DNA of 32,000 nucleotides. It comes from Candidatus Pelagibacter ubique HTCC1062 (lineage in GTDB: Bacteria > Pseudomonadota > Alphaproteobacteria > Pelagibacterales > Pelagibacteraceae). Made by a program: the position numbers and the translations under genes. The stretch's first letter is position 1; each line of letters opens with the position of its first letter. This document shows positions 17,841-25,989 of the stretch, piece after piece. Location of the stretch: the NCBI RefSeq assembly GCF_000012345.1, contig NC_007205.1, positions 780,001 to 812,000 on the forward strand, in the 5' to 3' direction. The notes below the pieces were generated by a model, which did not search any database, was not told where the DNA came from, and worked only from the letters and a program-made list of their open reading frames with translations.

Positions 17841-18007
17841 TTATGTAATTTTTCTAATTGAATTATTTTTGAATTAATAACTTTTTTTCCAACATTTTCA
17901 AAATTTACAGTAACTTTACCATTAATTATTGATTGAACTTGTCCTGTTCCCCAGTCTTTGTTGTTAGGATTGATAACTTTGTCACCTGGTTCAAAATCTA
18001 AAATCAT
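17837..18007 (-). CDS. Small conserved hypothetical protein (DUF3553-like)
   Basis: MILDFEPGDKVINPNNKDWGTGQVQSIINGKVTVNFENVGKKVIN... I place the start at the internal ATG at 18007. The track's longer N-terminus would overlap the divergent mnmA start. Overlaps the cysQ start by 4 nt. Confidence 0.4.
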   Translation of the reverse strand: MILDFEPGDKVINPNNKDWGTGQVQSIINGKVTVNFENVGKKVINSKIIQLEKLHK

Positions 18008-18048
18008 TAATTTACTTATAGTTAATATACTAATAAATATCATTAAAT

Positions 18049-19164
18049 ATGACAAAATTGAATTCTATTGGAATAGCTAAAGACCCAAAAGACACCTTAG
18101 TTATTGTTGCAATGTCAGGTGGAGTAGATTCTTCAACGGTTGCAGCTATGATGAAAAATGAAGGTTACAATGTCATTGGTATTACTCTTAAACTTTATAA
18201 TGACAGTAAAGAGACAGCTTCTTCAAAACAATGTTGTGCAGGCCAAGATATTATGGATGCAAAAAGAGTAGCTGATAAATTAAAGATAGAGCATAAAATT
18301 TTATATTATCAAAATAAATTTAAAGAAGGAGTTATTGATAATTTTATTGATAGCTATCTAAATGGAGAAACACCTATTCCATGTGTGCAATGTAATAAGA
18401 CAGTTAAATTTACAGACTTATTTGAAGAAGCTAAAAGACTTAACGCTGATGCTTTAGTAACAGGACACTACGTTAAAAGTATTACTGAAAAAGATAATAC
18501 AGATATGTACAGAGGAATTGATTTAAATAGAGATCAAAGTTATTTTTTATTTAATACCACAAAAGATCAATTAAATTTTTTAAGATTTCCTTTAGGCAAT
18601 CTTCTTAAAGATGAAACAAGAAATATTGCAAGAGAACTTGATCTTAATGTTGCAGACAAACCTGACAGCCAAGATATTTGTTTTGTACCAAATGGAGACT
18701 ATGCTTCAGTTATAGAAAAATTTAGACCAAACTCTTTTAGTAAAGGTAATATTAAAAATATGAATGGTGAAGTGATAGGAGTTCATGACGGCATTATTAA
18801 TTATACAATTGGTCAAAGAAAAGGAATTGGAGTTTCTGATAAGAACCCATTGTATGTAGTAAAGATTATTGCTGATAAAAATGAAATTATTGTTGGAGCC
18901 AAGGAACATCTTGTTAAAACAAAAATAAATTTAAAAGATTTGAATATTATTACAAACGATCAAAATGATTTTAAAAATGAATTGTTCGTAAAGGTAAGGT
19001 CTACTGGAAGATTAATTAAAGCCAAGATAGATATCAATGATACCAATGCGAACGTTAATTTATTGGAAGAGGAGCACGGTATTGCGCCTGGTCAAGCGTG
19101 TGTGTTTTATGCAAAAAACAATAATGGCTATAAGGTTCTTGGTGGTGGTTGGATAAAAAGTTAG
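18049..19164 (+). CDS. mnmA: tRNA-specific 2-thiouridylase MnmA
   Basis: PP-loop [10 protein letters not shown]. Catalytic Cys contexts CCAGQD and PIPCVQCNK, plus DSQDICF. 371 aa. Confidence 0.9.
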
Positions 19165-19192
19165 GTATTATTGAGATATAAAAGTTAAGAGA

Positions 19193-19276
19193 CTATTTTT
19201 TCTTATTTTTTCTTTTAGCTCTTCTTTTTTTAGAGCCCTGTTTTCTTCGACCTCTATGTTTTTTTGGGTAACCCAT
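19193..19276 (-). CDS. Candidate 27-aa extremely basic peptide (unannotated)
   Basis: Base-by-base reverse-complement translation gives MGYPKKHRGRRKQGSKKRRAKRKNKKK, stop TAG. AGGA lies 4 nt upstream of the ATG. Candidate minus-strand promoter: TTGATA (19342-19337), N17, TATATC (19319-19314). Confidence 0.35.
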   Translation of the reverse strand: MGYPKKHRGRRKQGSKKRRAKRKNKKK

Positions 19277-19349
19277 ACTATCCTATTTATAATTTTATTG
19301 ACGTTATTGGAGGGATATAGCATTCTCCCTTTAACTTATCAAATTTTTT

Positions 19350-20525
19350 ATGACTAAATCATTCAAGACTTTTCTTAAACATACTGCAAAAGATTACCAT
19401 AATCAGTCAGTTAACCCCCCTGTGGTAAGAGCGTCGACTATTATCTTCAAATCCATGCAAGATATTAGAAAAATGCAGGATAAGAGCAAAAAAGATCCAA
19501 CAGGTGGACATTTTGATTATGGAAGACAAGGAACATCAACAACTCATGTTTTGTCACAAATACTTAAAGAAATGGAAGAGTGCTATCATGTATTTTTAAC
19601 ACCAACTGGATTTGGATCAGTTTTCTTGTCTATATTTAGTATTGTTCGTCCTGGTGATGAGATTATTGTGGCAGATCCAACATATTCACCTACGAGAATT
19701 TTAACTCAAGACTTTCTAAAAGAATTTAATGTAAAATCTGTGTTTTATGACCCACATGATTTGAAAACTTTAGAAAAAGCAATTACAAAAAAAACAAAAT
19801 TAATTTTTGTTGAAAATCCTGGAAGTAATACGTTTGATTTTCAAGATTTAGGTAAAATAGTATCAATTGCAAAAAGGAATAAAATTTTTTCTGTAATTGA
19901 TAATACATGGGGAACCCCTTATTTTTTAAAACCAATTAAACTTGGTTTTGATATGTCAATTGTATCTGCTACCAAATATTATTCAGGTCACTCAGATGTT
20001 ATGGGTGGAAGTTTAGCTGTTAATAAAAAAGTTTTTAAACAAGTTGATAAAGCGAATAAGATAACTGGTTTGAGGCTTGGCCCTGATGATGCTTATTTAA
20101 TAACAAGAGGACTTAGAACTTTAGATGTTAGATTAGACAAACATGAAAAAAGTGCAAAACAAGTAGCTGAGTTTTTATCTAATTATAAAAATATAAAACT
20201 ATTATACCCGCATAAAAAAGATTCCTTTAATTTTAGAATGTGGAAAAAATATTATTCTGGTGCCTCAGGATTGATGGGTCTGAAAATTAAATCAAAAAAC
20301 AAAAACTCTGTAATTAAGTTTGTTAATTCTTTAAAATTATTTGGTTATGGATATAGTTGGGGTGGATTTGAAAGCCTTGCTTTATATCAAGATAAACGTG
20401 AACAAGGTAATAGAGAATATCTAAAATTAGCAAAAGATGAACATTTAGTAAGATTACATATTGGTTTAGAAGACCCAAAAGACCTCATTGATGATTTAAA
20501 AAAATCTCTTAAATATATAAAATGA
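19350..20525 (+). CDS. metC: PLP-dependent Cys/Met-metabolism C-S lyase, cystathionine beta-lyase-like
   Basis: 391 aa. PLP-lysine context SATKYYSGHSDVMGG. Trans-sulfuration enzyme family layout. Confidence 0.7.
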   Translation: MTKSFKTFLKHTAKDYHNQSVNPPVVRASTIIFKSMQDIRKMQDKSKKDPTGGHFDYGRQGTSTTHVLSQILKEMEECYHVFLTPTGFGSVFLSIFSIVRPGDEIIVADPTYSPTRILTQDFLKEFNVKSVFYDPHDLKTLEKAITKKTKLIFVENPGSNTFDFQDLGKIVSIAKRNKIFSVIDNTWGTPYFLKPIKLGFDMSIVSATKYYSGHSDVMGGSLAVNKKVFKQVDKANKITGLRLGPDDAYLITRGLRTLDVRLDKHEKSAKQVAEFLSNYKNIKLLYPHKKDSFNFRMWKKYYSGASGLMGLKIKSKNKNSVIKFVNSLKLFGYGYSWGGFESLALYQDKREQGNREYLKLAKDEHLVRLHIGLEDPKDLIDDLKKSLKYIK

Positions 20526-21742
20526 GTTCAGAAAAATTTATTCAAAATAAAACAGCCTTAATAACGCTGATCGCAGCTTGTATTGTAGTTTTAATTTCTC
20601 TTGGTGTTAGGCAAACTTTTGGTTTGTTTTTCATGGATTTTAAAAATGACCTAGATATTTCAATAACTCAATCTGGATTAGCAATAGGCATTCAAATGTT
20701 AATGTGGGGTTTAACAGGTCCTATATTTGGAGCCATTGCAGATAAATATGGTGGACACAAAGCAATTTGTTTAGCTTTTGTTTTTTATATTTTGGGAATT
20801 TATTTTTTGTATGCTGGTCCAAATACTGGAATTTTTTTTCAAATCGATTTAGGACTTTTAGTTGGAATTGGTTTAGGTGGAACTGCAATTAGTATTCCAA
20901 TGTCAATTGTTGGAAAGCATTTTCCATTATCAAATAGAACAATAGCAATGAGCATTGTTACAGCTGTTGGTTCTTTGGGCTATTTTATCTCTCCACTTTA
21001 TACGAGCTATTCATTAATTAAAAATGGATGGGTGGATACACTTTTTGTATTCACAATATTCTTATTTATCGGGCTTATAATAGCTTTTTTTGTAAGATCT
21101 CCATCTGCTGCTCAGTCTATTGAAAAACCAAACAACCAAAGCGCCATAGAGGCATTTAAGGAAGCTTTCAAAAACAAAAGTTATATACTTCTAGTCTCTG
21201 GATTTTTTGTATGTGGTTTTCATATAACTTTAGTTGGAACACACGTTCCAAAATACGTAATAGATAGAGGCTTAGAAAGCTGGACGGCTGCTGCAATATT
21301 GTCATTAATTGGATTATTTAATATATTTGGTTCTTTATTAAGTGGATACTTATCTACGAAAATTAGTAAAAAAATTATCTTAAGCTCTATTTACGCATTA
21401 AGAGGAATTTCAATTATCTTATTTATATTTTTACCCGCAAGTAACATTAATGCATTTATCTTTGGTGCAAGTTTTGGTTTTTTATGGCTATCAACAGTGC
21501 CTGCTACAAGTGGAATAGTTGCTCATATTTTTGGAACAAAATATCTTGGTATTCTTTATGGAATAGTTTTTTTAAGTCATCAAGTAGGCTCATTTTTTGG
21601 AGCATTTCTTGGAGGACTATTTCATGATTTATATGGCTCTTATGATTATGCTTGGTATTTAGCAATTGTTTTATCTATTTTTGCAGCAATAATACATCTA
21701 CCAATTAAAGAAGAAGCAGTTCTAAGATTAAAAATAGAATAA
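20522..21742 (+). CDS. MFS transporter (12 TM)
   Basis: 406 aa with two six-helix halves separated by a hydrophilic loop (SPSAAQSIEKPNNQS...). The start overlaps the metC-like stop (ATGA). Confidence 0.75.
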   Translation: MSSEKFIQNKTALITLIAACIVVLISLGVRQTFGLFFMDFKNDLDISITQSGLAIGIQMLMWGLTGPIFGAIADKYGGHKAICLAFVFYILGIYFLYAGPNTGIFFQIDLGLLVGIGLGGTAISIPMSIVGKHFPLSNRTIAMSIVTAVGSLGYFISPLYTSYSLIKNGWVDTLFVFTIFLFIGLIIAFFVRSPSAAQSIEKPNNQSAIEAFKEAFKNKSYILLVSGFFVCGFHITLVGTHVPKYVIDRGLESWTAAAILSLIGLFNIFGSLLSGYLSTKISKKIILSSIYALRGISIILFIFLPASNINAFIFGASFGFLWLSTVPATSGIVAHIFGTKYLGILYGIVFLSHQVGSFFGAFLGGLFHDLYGSYDYAWYLAIVLSIFAAIIHLPIKEEAVLRLKIE

Positions 21743-21745
21743 AAA

Positions 21746-22909
21746 TTGAATAAGAAAAACTACTTACTAGATTTAAATAATTCAAAGAAACCTTTTATAA
21801 TCTATAAATCAGATAAAGGGTTTGATCTTTATACAGACTTTTCAAAAAAGATTATTTTAAACAATAATAATATTGAAAAATTTATTAACAAAAATAATAG
21901 GTTAAAACTTCCCTATAAAGAAACTGATCTGTTTATTGGTTTTTTTGGCTATGAAATATTAAATAATTTAATTGACGTAAAAATAAAAAAACAAAAAACA
22001 ATAAATTTCCCTAAAGGCATATTTTATAAACCTGAAACAAAAATAAAACTTCCAAACAACCTTGAGTATAAAAAAACAAGATCATTAAATTCTAATGATT
22101 TATTCAAAATAAATATTAATAAAAAATCCTATAAGGTAATATTTGATGAATTTAAAAAGAAAATAAAATCTGGAGAAACATATCAGATTAAAATTTGTAC
22201 TAAATATAGTAATAAATCAGAAATAGATGCTTTAGATTTTTTTAGTAGACTTGTAAAAAGTAATATGGCGCCTGAAGCATTTATGATTAAGGATAAAAAT
22301 TATTCAATAATAAGTTGTTCTCCTGAAAATTTGATAACAAAAAAAAATAATTTTATAACAACAAAACCAATTGCAGGCACTTTAAAGAAAACTAAAAAAT
22401 TAAATAAAAATAAAGCCCTTACTTTTTTTAGAAAAAACTTAAAAGAATCCAAAGAACACAACATGATTGTTGATATGGAAAGAAATGACTTATCTAAAAT
22501 TTGTAAACCAGGTTCAGTAAAAATTTTAAAAAAAAAGATAGTTGAAGAATATAAAGATCTTTATCATTATGTGAGTTTAATTGGAGGACAACTCAAAAAT
22601 AGAGTTACCTCATTAGAGATTATAAAGGCAATGATGCCGGGAGGATCTGTAATAGGATGTCCTAAAATTAGTACATTAAATTTGTTAAACAAACAGGAAA
22701 AACAAAGTAGAAATATTTATACAGGTAGCTTTGGTTACTTAAAGTTCAATGGAGATATGAGGTTTAATATCATTATTAGATCAATATTAAATTTTAAAGG
22801 TAAATCGGAAATTTCTGTGGCATCTGGTGTTGTAATTGACAGTAATGCAGCTCATGAATTTAATGAAAATTATATTAAAGCAAAGTCATTAATGGATCTT
22901 TATAAATGA
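21746..22909 (+). CDS. pabB: Aminodeoxychorismate synthase component I (chorismate-binding enzyme), short form
   Basis: Motifs TKPIAGT, IVDMERNDLSKIC, PGGSVIGCPK and YTGSFGY. Apparent TTG start 3 nt after the MFS stop. No in-frame ATG occurs until far downstream. Confidence 0.75.
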   Translation: MNKKNYLLDLNNSKKPFIIYKSDKGFDLYTDFSKKIILNNNNIEKFINKNNRLKLPYKETDLFIGFFGYEILNNLIDVKIKKQKTINFPKGIFYKPETKIKLPNNLEYKKTRSLNSNDLFKININKKSYKVIFDEFKKKIKSGETYQIKICTKYSNKSEIDALDFFSRLVKSNMAPEAFMIKDKNYSIISCSPENLITKKNNFITTKPIAGTLKKTKKLNKNKALTFFRKNLKESKEHNMIVDMERNDLSKICKPGSVKILKKKIVEEYKDLYHYVSLIGGQLKNRVTSLEIIKAMMPGGSVIGCPKISTLNLLNKQEKQSRNIYTGSFGYLKFNGDMRFNIIIRSILNFKGKSEISVASGVVIDSNAAHEFNENYIKAKSLMDLYK

Positions 22910-23463
22910 TATACATTATCGATCATCATGACTCTTTTACTCAAAACGTAGTACATCAATTTCAAAATTTTGATGAAGTTGTTTGCACTAATTTTAATGA
23001 AATAAATCAAAATAAATTAAAAAAAGCAGATATTATTGTTTTTTCACCAGGTCCAGGTGCTCCAAAAGATTATCCAATTAGTTCTGAGATTTATAAAAAA
23101 TTTAAAGGTAAAAAAAAAATTATTGGAATTTGTCTTGGGTTTCAACAAATTCTTCATTGTGAAAATGGAAAAATAGTTGAACAAAAAAAGATTTACCATG
23201 GTTTCCAATCTAAAATAAAAGTAACTAGCAAAAATTCATTGTTTAAAAAAAATAGTCAATTTACTGTAGGTAGATATCACTCTCTAAAATTAAAAGAGCC
23301 GTTTGCTGCAAAAAATTTTGAAATTACAATGAGGTGTGCTATTTCAAATACAGCAATGACAATAGAAAATAATAAAGAGAAAATATTTGGCTTTCAATTT
23401 CATCCTGAATCTTTTTTAACTGAAAATGGTAACTTACTTATTAAAAAAATCTTATCAGCATAA
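22906..23463 (+). CDS. pabA: Aminodeoxychorismate/anthranilate synthase component II (glutamine amidotransferase)
   Basis: GICLGFQ nucleophile elbow and FQFHPES. ATGA overlap with pabB. Confidence 0.8.
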   Translation: MIYIIDHHDSFTQNVVHQFQNFDEVVCTNFNEINQNKLKKADIIVFSPGPGAPKDYPISSEIYKKFKGKKKIIGICLGFQQILHCENGKIVEQKKIYHGFQSKIKVTSKNSLFKKNSQFTVGRYHSLKLKEPFAAKNFEITMRCAISNTAMTIENNKEKIFGFQFHPESFLTENGNLLIKKILSA

Positions 23464-24196
23464 AACTTACAAAGAGATTAATTTTAAAGATCTTTGGGGG
23501 GATAATGGTGTATTCACTACAATGTGGATTTTTGGAAAACCTGCTAAAATACTTTTTTTTAAAAAACATATTAAAAATTTAATAAAATCTTTAAAAGTTT
23601 ATAAATTAAATAACCCAAATCTTGAAAAAAATATTCTTAAATTAATCAAACTGAATATTGATAAAAAAAGATCTTATAATCATCTTCTTAGAGTTGCAGT
23701 GAATAAAAAGATGATATCAATTTCTTTGAGAAACAGAAAAACTCCTAAATTAAATTTTAATTTAAAGCTTATCCGTCACAAACGATTTGACCCTAAATTT
23801 AAAAATCTTAAATATAACTTTATATTAAAGCATTTATCTAAAATGGATAATACCACTTCAGATGTTGGTCTTTGTTACAAGAATACAATTTTAGAAAGTG
23901 GAACTTCAAATATGCTGTTTATAAAAGATGATAAAGTGTACTCTCCAATTAATAATATTTATAAGGGCATTACCTATAAATTTTTTAATAAAAAATTAGG
24001 TAAGATTATTAACAAAGATATATTGATAAAAACTTTATCTGAATTTAGTGAAATTCTTCTCATTGGTTCTGGAAAAGGTGTTGCTTCAATAAAAAATATT
24101 AATGAAATCAAGTGGAAGAGAAAAAGTTTTAAATTTTATAAAAAACTATCTAATTTTTATAAAAATGAAGTTAACAAATGCTCTATCTATAGATAA
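23426..24196 (+). CDS. pabC: Class IV aminotransferase-fold protein, aminodeoxychorismate lyase-like
   Basis: The N-terminal GDNGVFTTMWI resembles the G.G.FET motif. Sits after pabB-pabA and overlaps pabA by 38 nt. Highly diverged and Lys-rich. Confidence 0.5.
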   Translation: MVTYLLKKSYQHKTYKEINFKDLWGDNGVFTTMWIFGKPAKILFFKKHIKNLIKSLKVYKLNNPNLEKNILKLIKLNIDKKRSYNHLLRVAVNKKMISISLRNRKTPKLNFNLKLIRHKRFDPKFKNLKYNFILKHLSKMDNTTSDVGLCYKNTILESGTSNMLFIKDDKVYSPINNIYKGITYKFFNKKLGKIINKDILIKTLSEFSEILLIGSGKGVASIKNINEIKWKRKSFKFYKKLSNFYKNEVNKCSIYR

Positions 24197-24200
24197 AATT

Positions 24201-24599
24201 ATGTTTGACCCAAATAATCCTTGTTTATTCTGCAACTCCAAACAAAGTGGACTAGCTGCTGAAAATGATTTGGCTTATGCTAGTTATGACACATATCCAG
24301 TGTCCGAATTCCATTGTTTAATTATTCCAAAACGGCATGTTGTGGATTATTTTGATTTAAATGACGATGAAGTGATTGCTTGCAATAATTTAATCAAACA
24401 AATTAAAGAGGAAATATTGTTAAAAGATCCGGCAGTTAAAGGTTTTAATATTGGAACAAATGCTGGAGTTATTGCTGGACAATCAATCTTGCATTGTCAT
24501 ATTCATCTAATTCCTCGTAGAGAAGGCGATGTTGATAACCCACAAGGAGGAGTTCGGTCGGTTATACCAAAGAAACAGCATTACAAGCGTAAGGTGTAA
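24201..24599 (+). CDS. HIT (histidine triad) family nucleotide hydrolase/transferase
   Basis: Histidine triad HCHIHLIPR and N-terminal CLFC. I place the start at the ATG at 24201 (MFDPNNPCLFCN..., 132 aa), 4 nt after the pabC stop. The track's 24102 start lies inside pabC. Confidence 0.8.
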   Translation: MFDPNNPCLFCNSKQSGLAAENDLAYASYDTYPVSEFHCLIIPKRHVVDYFDLNDDEVIACNNLIKQIKEEILLKDPAVKGFNIGTNAGVIAGQSILHCHIHLIPRREGDVDNPQGGVRSVIPKKQHYKRKV

Positions 24600-24633
24600 A
24601 ATCTTATATGGTAAAATAACCCATACAAAACGG

Positions 24634-24662
24634 TTGATCTATTATTTCATCTGTACTAAATA
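24634..24662 (+). promoter_or_regulatory. Candidate sigma70-type promoter for aprM-aprB-aprA
   Basis: TTGATC (24634-24639), 17 nt, TAAATA (24657-24662), about 40 nt upstream of the aprM ATG. Hexamer matches are low-specificity in AT-rich DNA. Confidence 0.25.
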
Positions 24663-24703
24663 ATCACAATCAACATAGATTCTAAATAAAGGTATTACTA
24701 ATT

Positions 24704-25498
24704 ATGATGTCAATTAACCCTTTTTCAGTTTTAGCTGAAACAATATCTCCTGCAGCCATACAATTTTTTGTTTTAGCTATGATTGCTTTAATTATTATTG
24801 GAACAATAGTTCAGATGATCCATCATAAAAATGTAACTTACTTTTTTAATAATGCAAAAAAAGCAAAATTAGCAGCTGAAAGAGAATTAGGAGCTGGAGA
24901 AAAAACATCAATTATTTTAAAAACTGTAGCTCATGATATCGCAACTACTGCAGAGCTTGGAGCTGGTAAAAGAAGAGTTGCACACGTTATGGGAATGTAT
25001 GGAACTATTTTATTTTGGGTTGCATCTGTTGTAATGGTTTTTTGTTATACAGCACAAGGAACTACCACACCGACAGTTTGGCCTATAATTTGGCATGTCG
25101 GAGCAATTATGACTTGTGTAGGTGGATATTGGTTTTGGTTATTTTTAAGAGTGGATGTGTTAGCCGAAGCTCATCCTTGGTATAGAATTATTAAAGCTGA
25201 CTTATTTGTTTTAGCACTTCTTGCATGTGCTACTACTGGACTTGCTTGGTCATACTTTCAATCTTCAGGATCAGCTGGATTAGGATATTTATTTTTAATT
25301 TTATTTATTACCTCAAACATTGTTTTATTTGGGGGAGTTTATTGGTCAAAATTTGCACATATGTTTTATAAACCTGGTGCAGCAATCCAAAAAAACTTAG
25401 CAGAAGCAGACGGATCAAGAGACAATCTTCCTCCACTTGCAGATGCACCAAAACAATTTGGACTAGGAATTAAAAGAGAACAACCAAAACATTATTAA
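24704..25498 (+). CDS. aprM: AprM, membrane anchor/electron-transfer partner of APS reductase
   Basis: 264 aa with about five TM helices. Lies immediately upstream of aprB-aprA. As I recall, this is the organisation described for AprM-type (non-Qmo) APS reductase loci. Confidence 0.7.
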   Translation: MMSINPFSVLAETISPAAIQFFVLAMIALIIIGTIVQMIHHKNVTYFFNNAKKAKLAAERELGAGEKTSIILKTVAHDIATTAELGAGKRRVAHVMGMYGTILFWVASVVMVFCYTAQGTTTPTVWPIIWHVGAIMTCVGGYWFWLFLRVDVLAEAHPWYRIIKADLFVLALLACATTGLAWSYFQSSGSAGLGYLFLILFITSNIVLFGGVYWSKFAHMFYKPGAAIQKNLAEADGSRDNLPPLADAPKQFGLGIKREQPKHY

Positions 25499-25518
25499 AA
25501 AGAGAGAGGTAAAATAAT

Positions 25519-25989
25519 ATGTCAACTTTTGTATACATGACGAGATGTGATGGATGTGGTCACTGTGTGGATATTTGTCCATCAGATATAATGCACATCG
25601 ATGAAAATATTAGAAGAGCAGTAAATATTGAACCAAATTTTTGTTGGGAATGTTATTCTTGTGTAAAAGCTTGTCCTAATCATGCAATTGATGTTCGTGG
25701 TTATGCTGACTTTGCTCCTATGGGTCACAGTGTAAGAGTTAGACGTGAAGAAGAAAAAGGAACTATTTCTTGGAAAATTAAATTTAGAAATGGAACTACA
25801 AAAGATTTTGTATCTCCAATTACAACAAAACCTTGGGGAAAATTTATTCCTAAATTAGCAGAAGGTGAAAAACCTAATCAAGGTGAGATCAATTCTCAAA
25901 TGCTTTACACCGAGCCTAATGGTTTAAATATTGATGGTAAATTACCGGTAGTACCAAAAGATTCATTTAAAAAAGGGGTTTACTACTAA
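25519..25989 (+). CDS. aprB: Adenylylsulfate (APS) reductase beta subunit
   Basis: Two 4Fe-4S motifs, CDGCGHCVDICP and CWECYSCVKACP, plus the extended C-terminal tail typical of AprB. The stop shares one base with the aprA start (TAATG). Confidence 0.9.
   Translation: MSTFVYMTRCDGCGHCVDICPSDIMHIDENIRRAVNIEPNFCWECYSCVKACPNHAIDVRGYADFAPMGHSVRVRREEEKGTISWKIKFRNGTTKDFVSPITTKPWGKFIPKLAEGEKPNQGEINSQMLYTEPNGLNIDGKLPVVPKDSFKKGVYY

Noticed and set aside
18706-18909. Track ORF (-, 67 aa)
   Set aside because: It lies antisense inside mnmA.
13367-19164. Apparent sulfur/thiol-themed cluster (bcp, rhodanese, DsbA-like isomerase, cysQ, mnmA) as one functional system
   Set aside because: The genes lie on alternating strands in separate transcription units and have independent housekeeping roles. 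Their co-location is most simply explained by gene density.
19277-19349. Possible SAM-II/SAM-V-type riboswitch or leader upstream of the metC-like gene
   Set aside because: I see only a weak 5-bp stem (AGGGA...TCCCT). I could not find the conserved 3' AAAGC-type pseudoknot segment I associate with SAM-II/V. An Infernal scan with RF00521/RF01826 would settle it.
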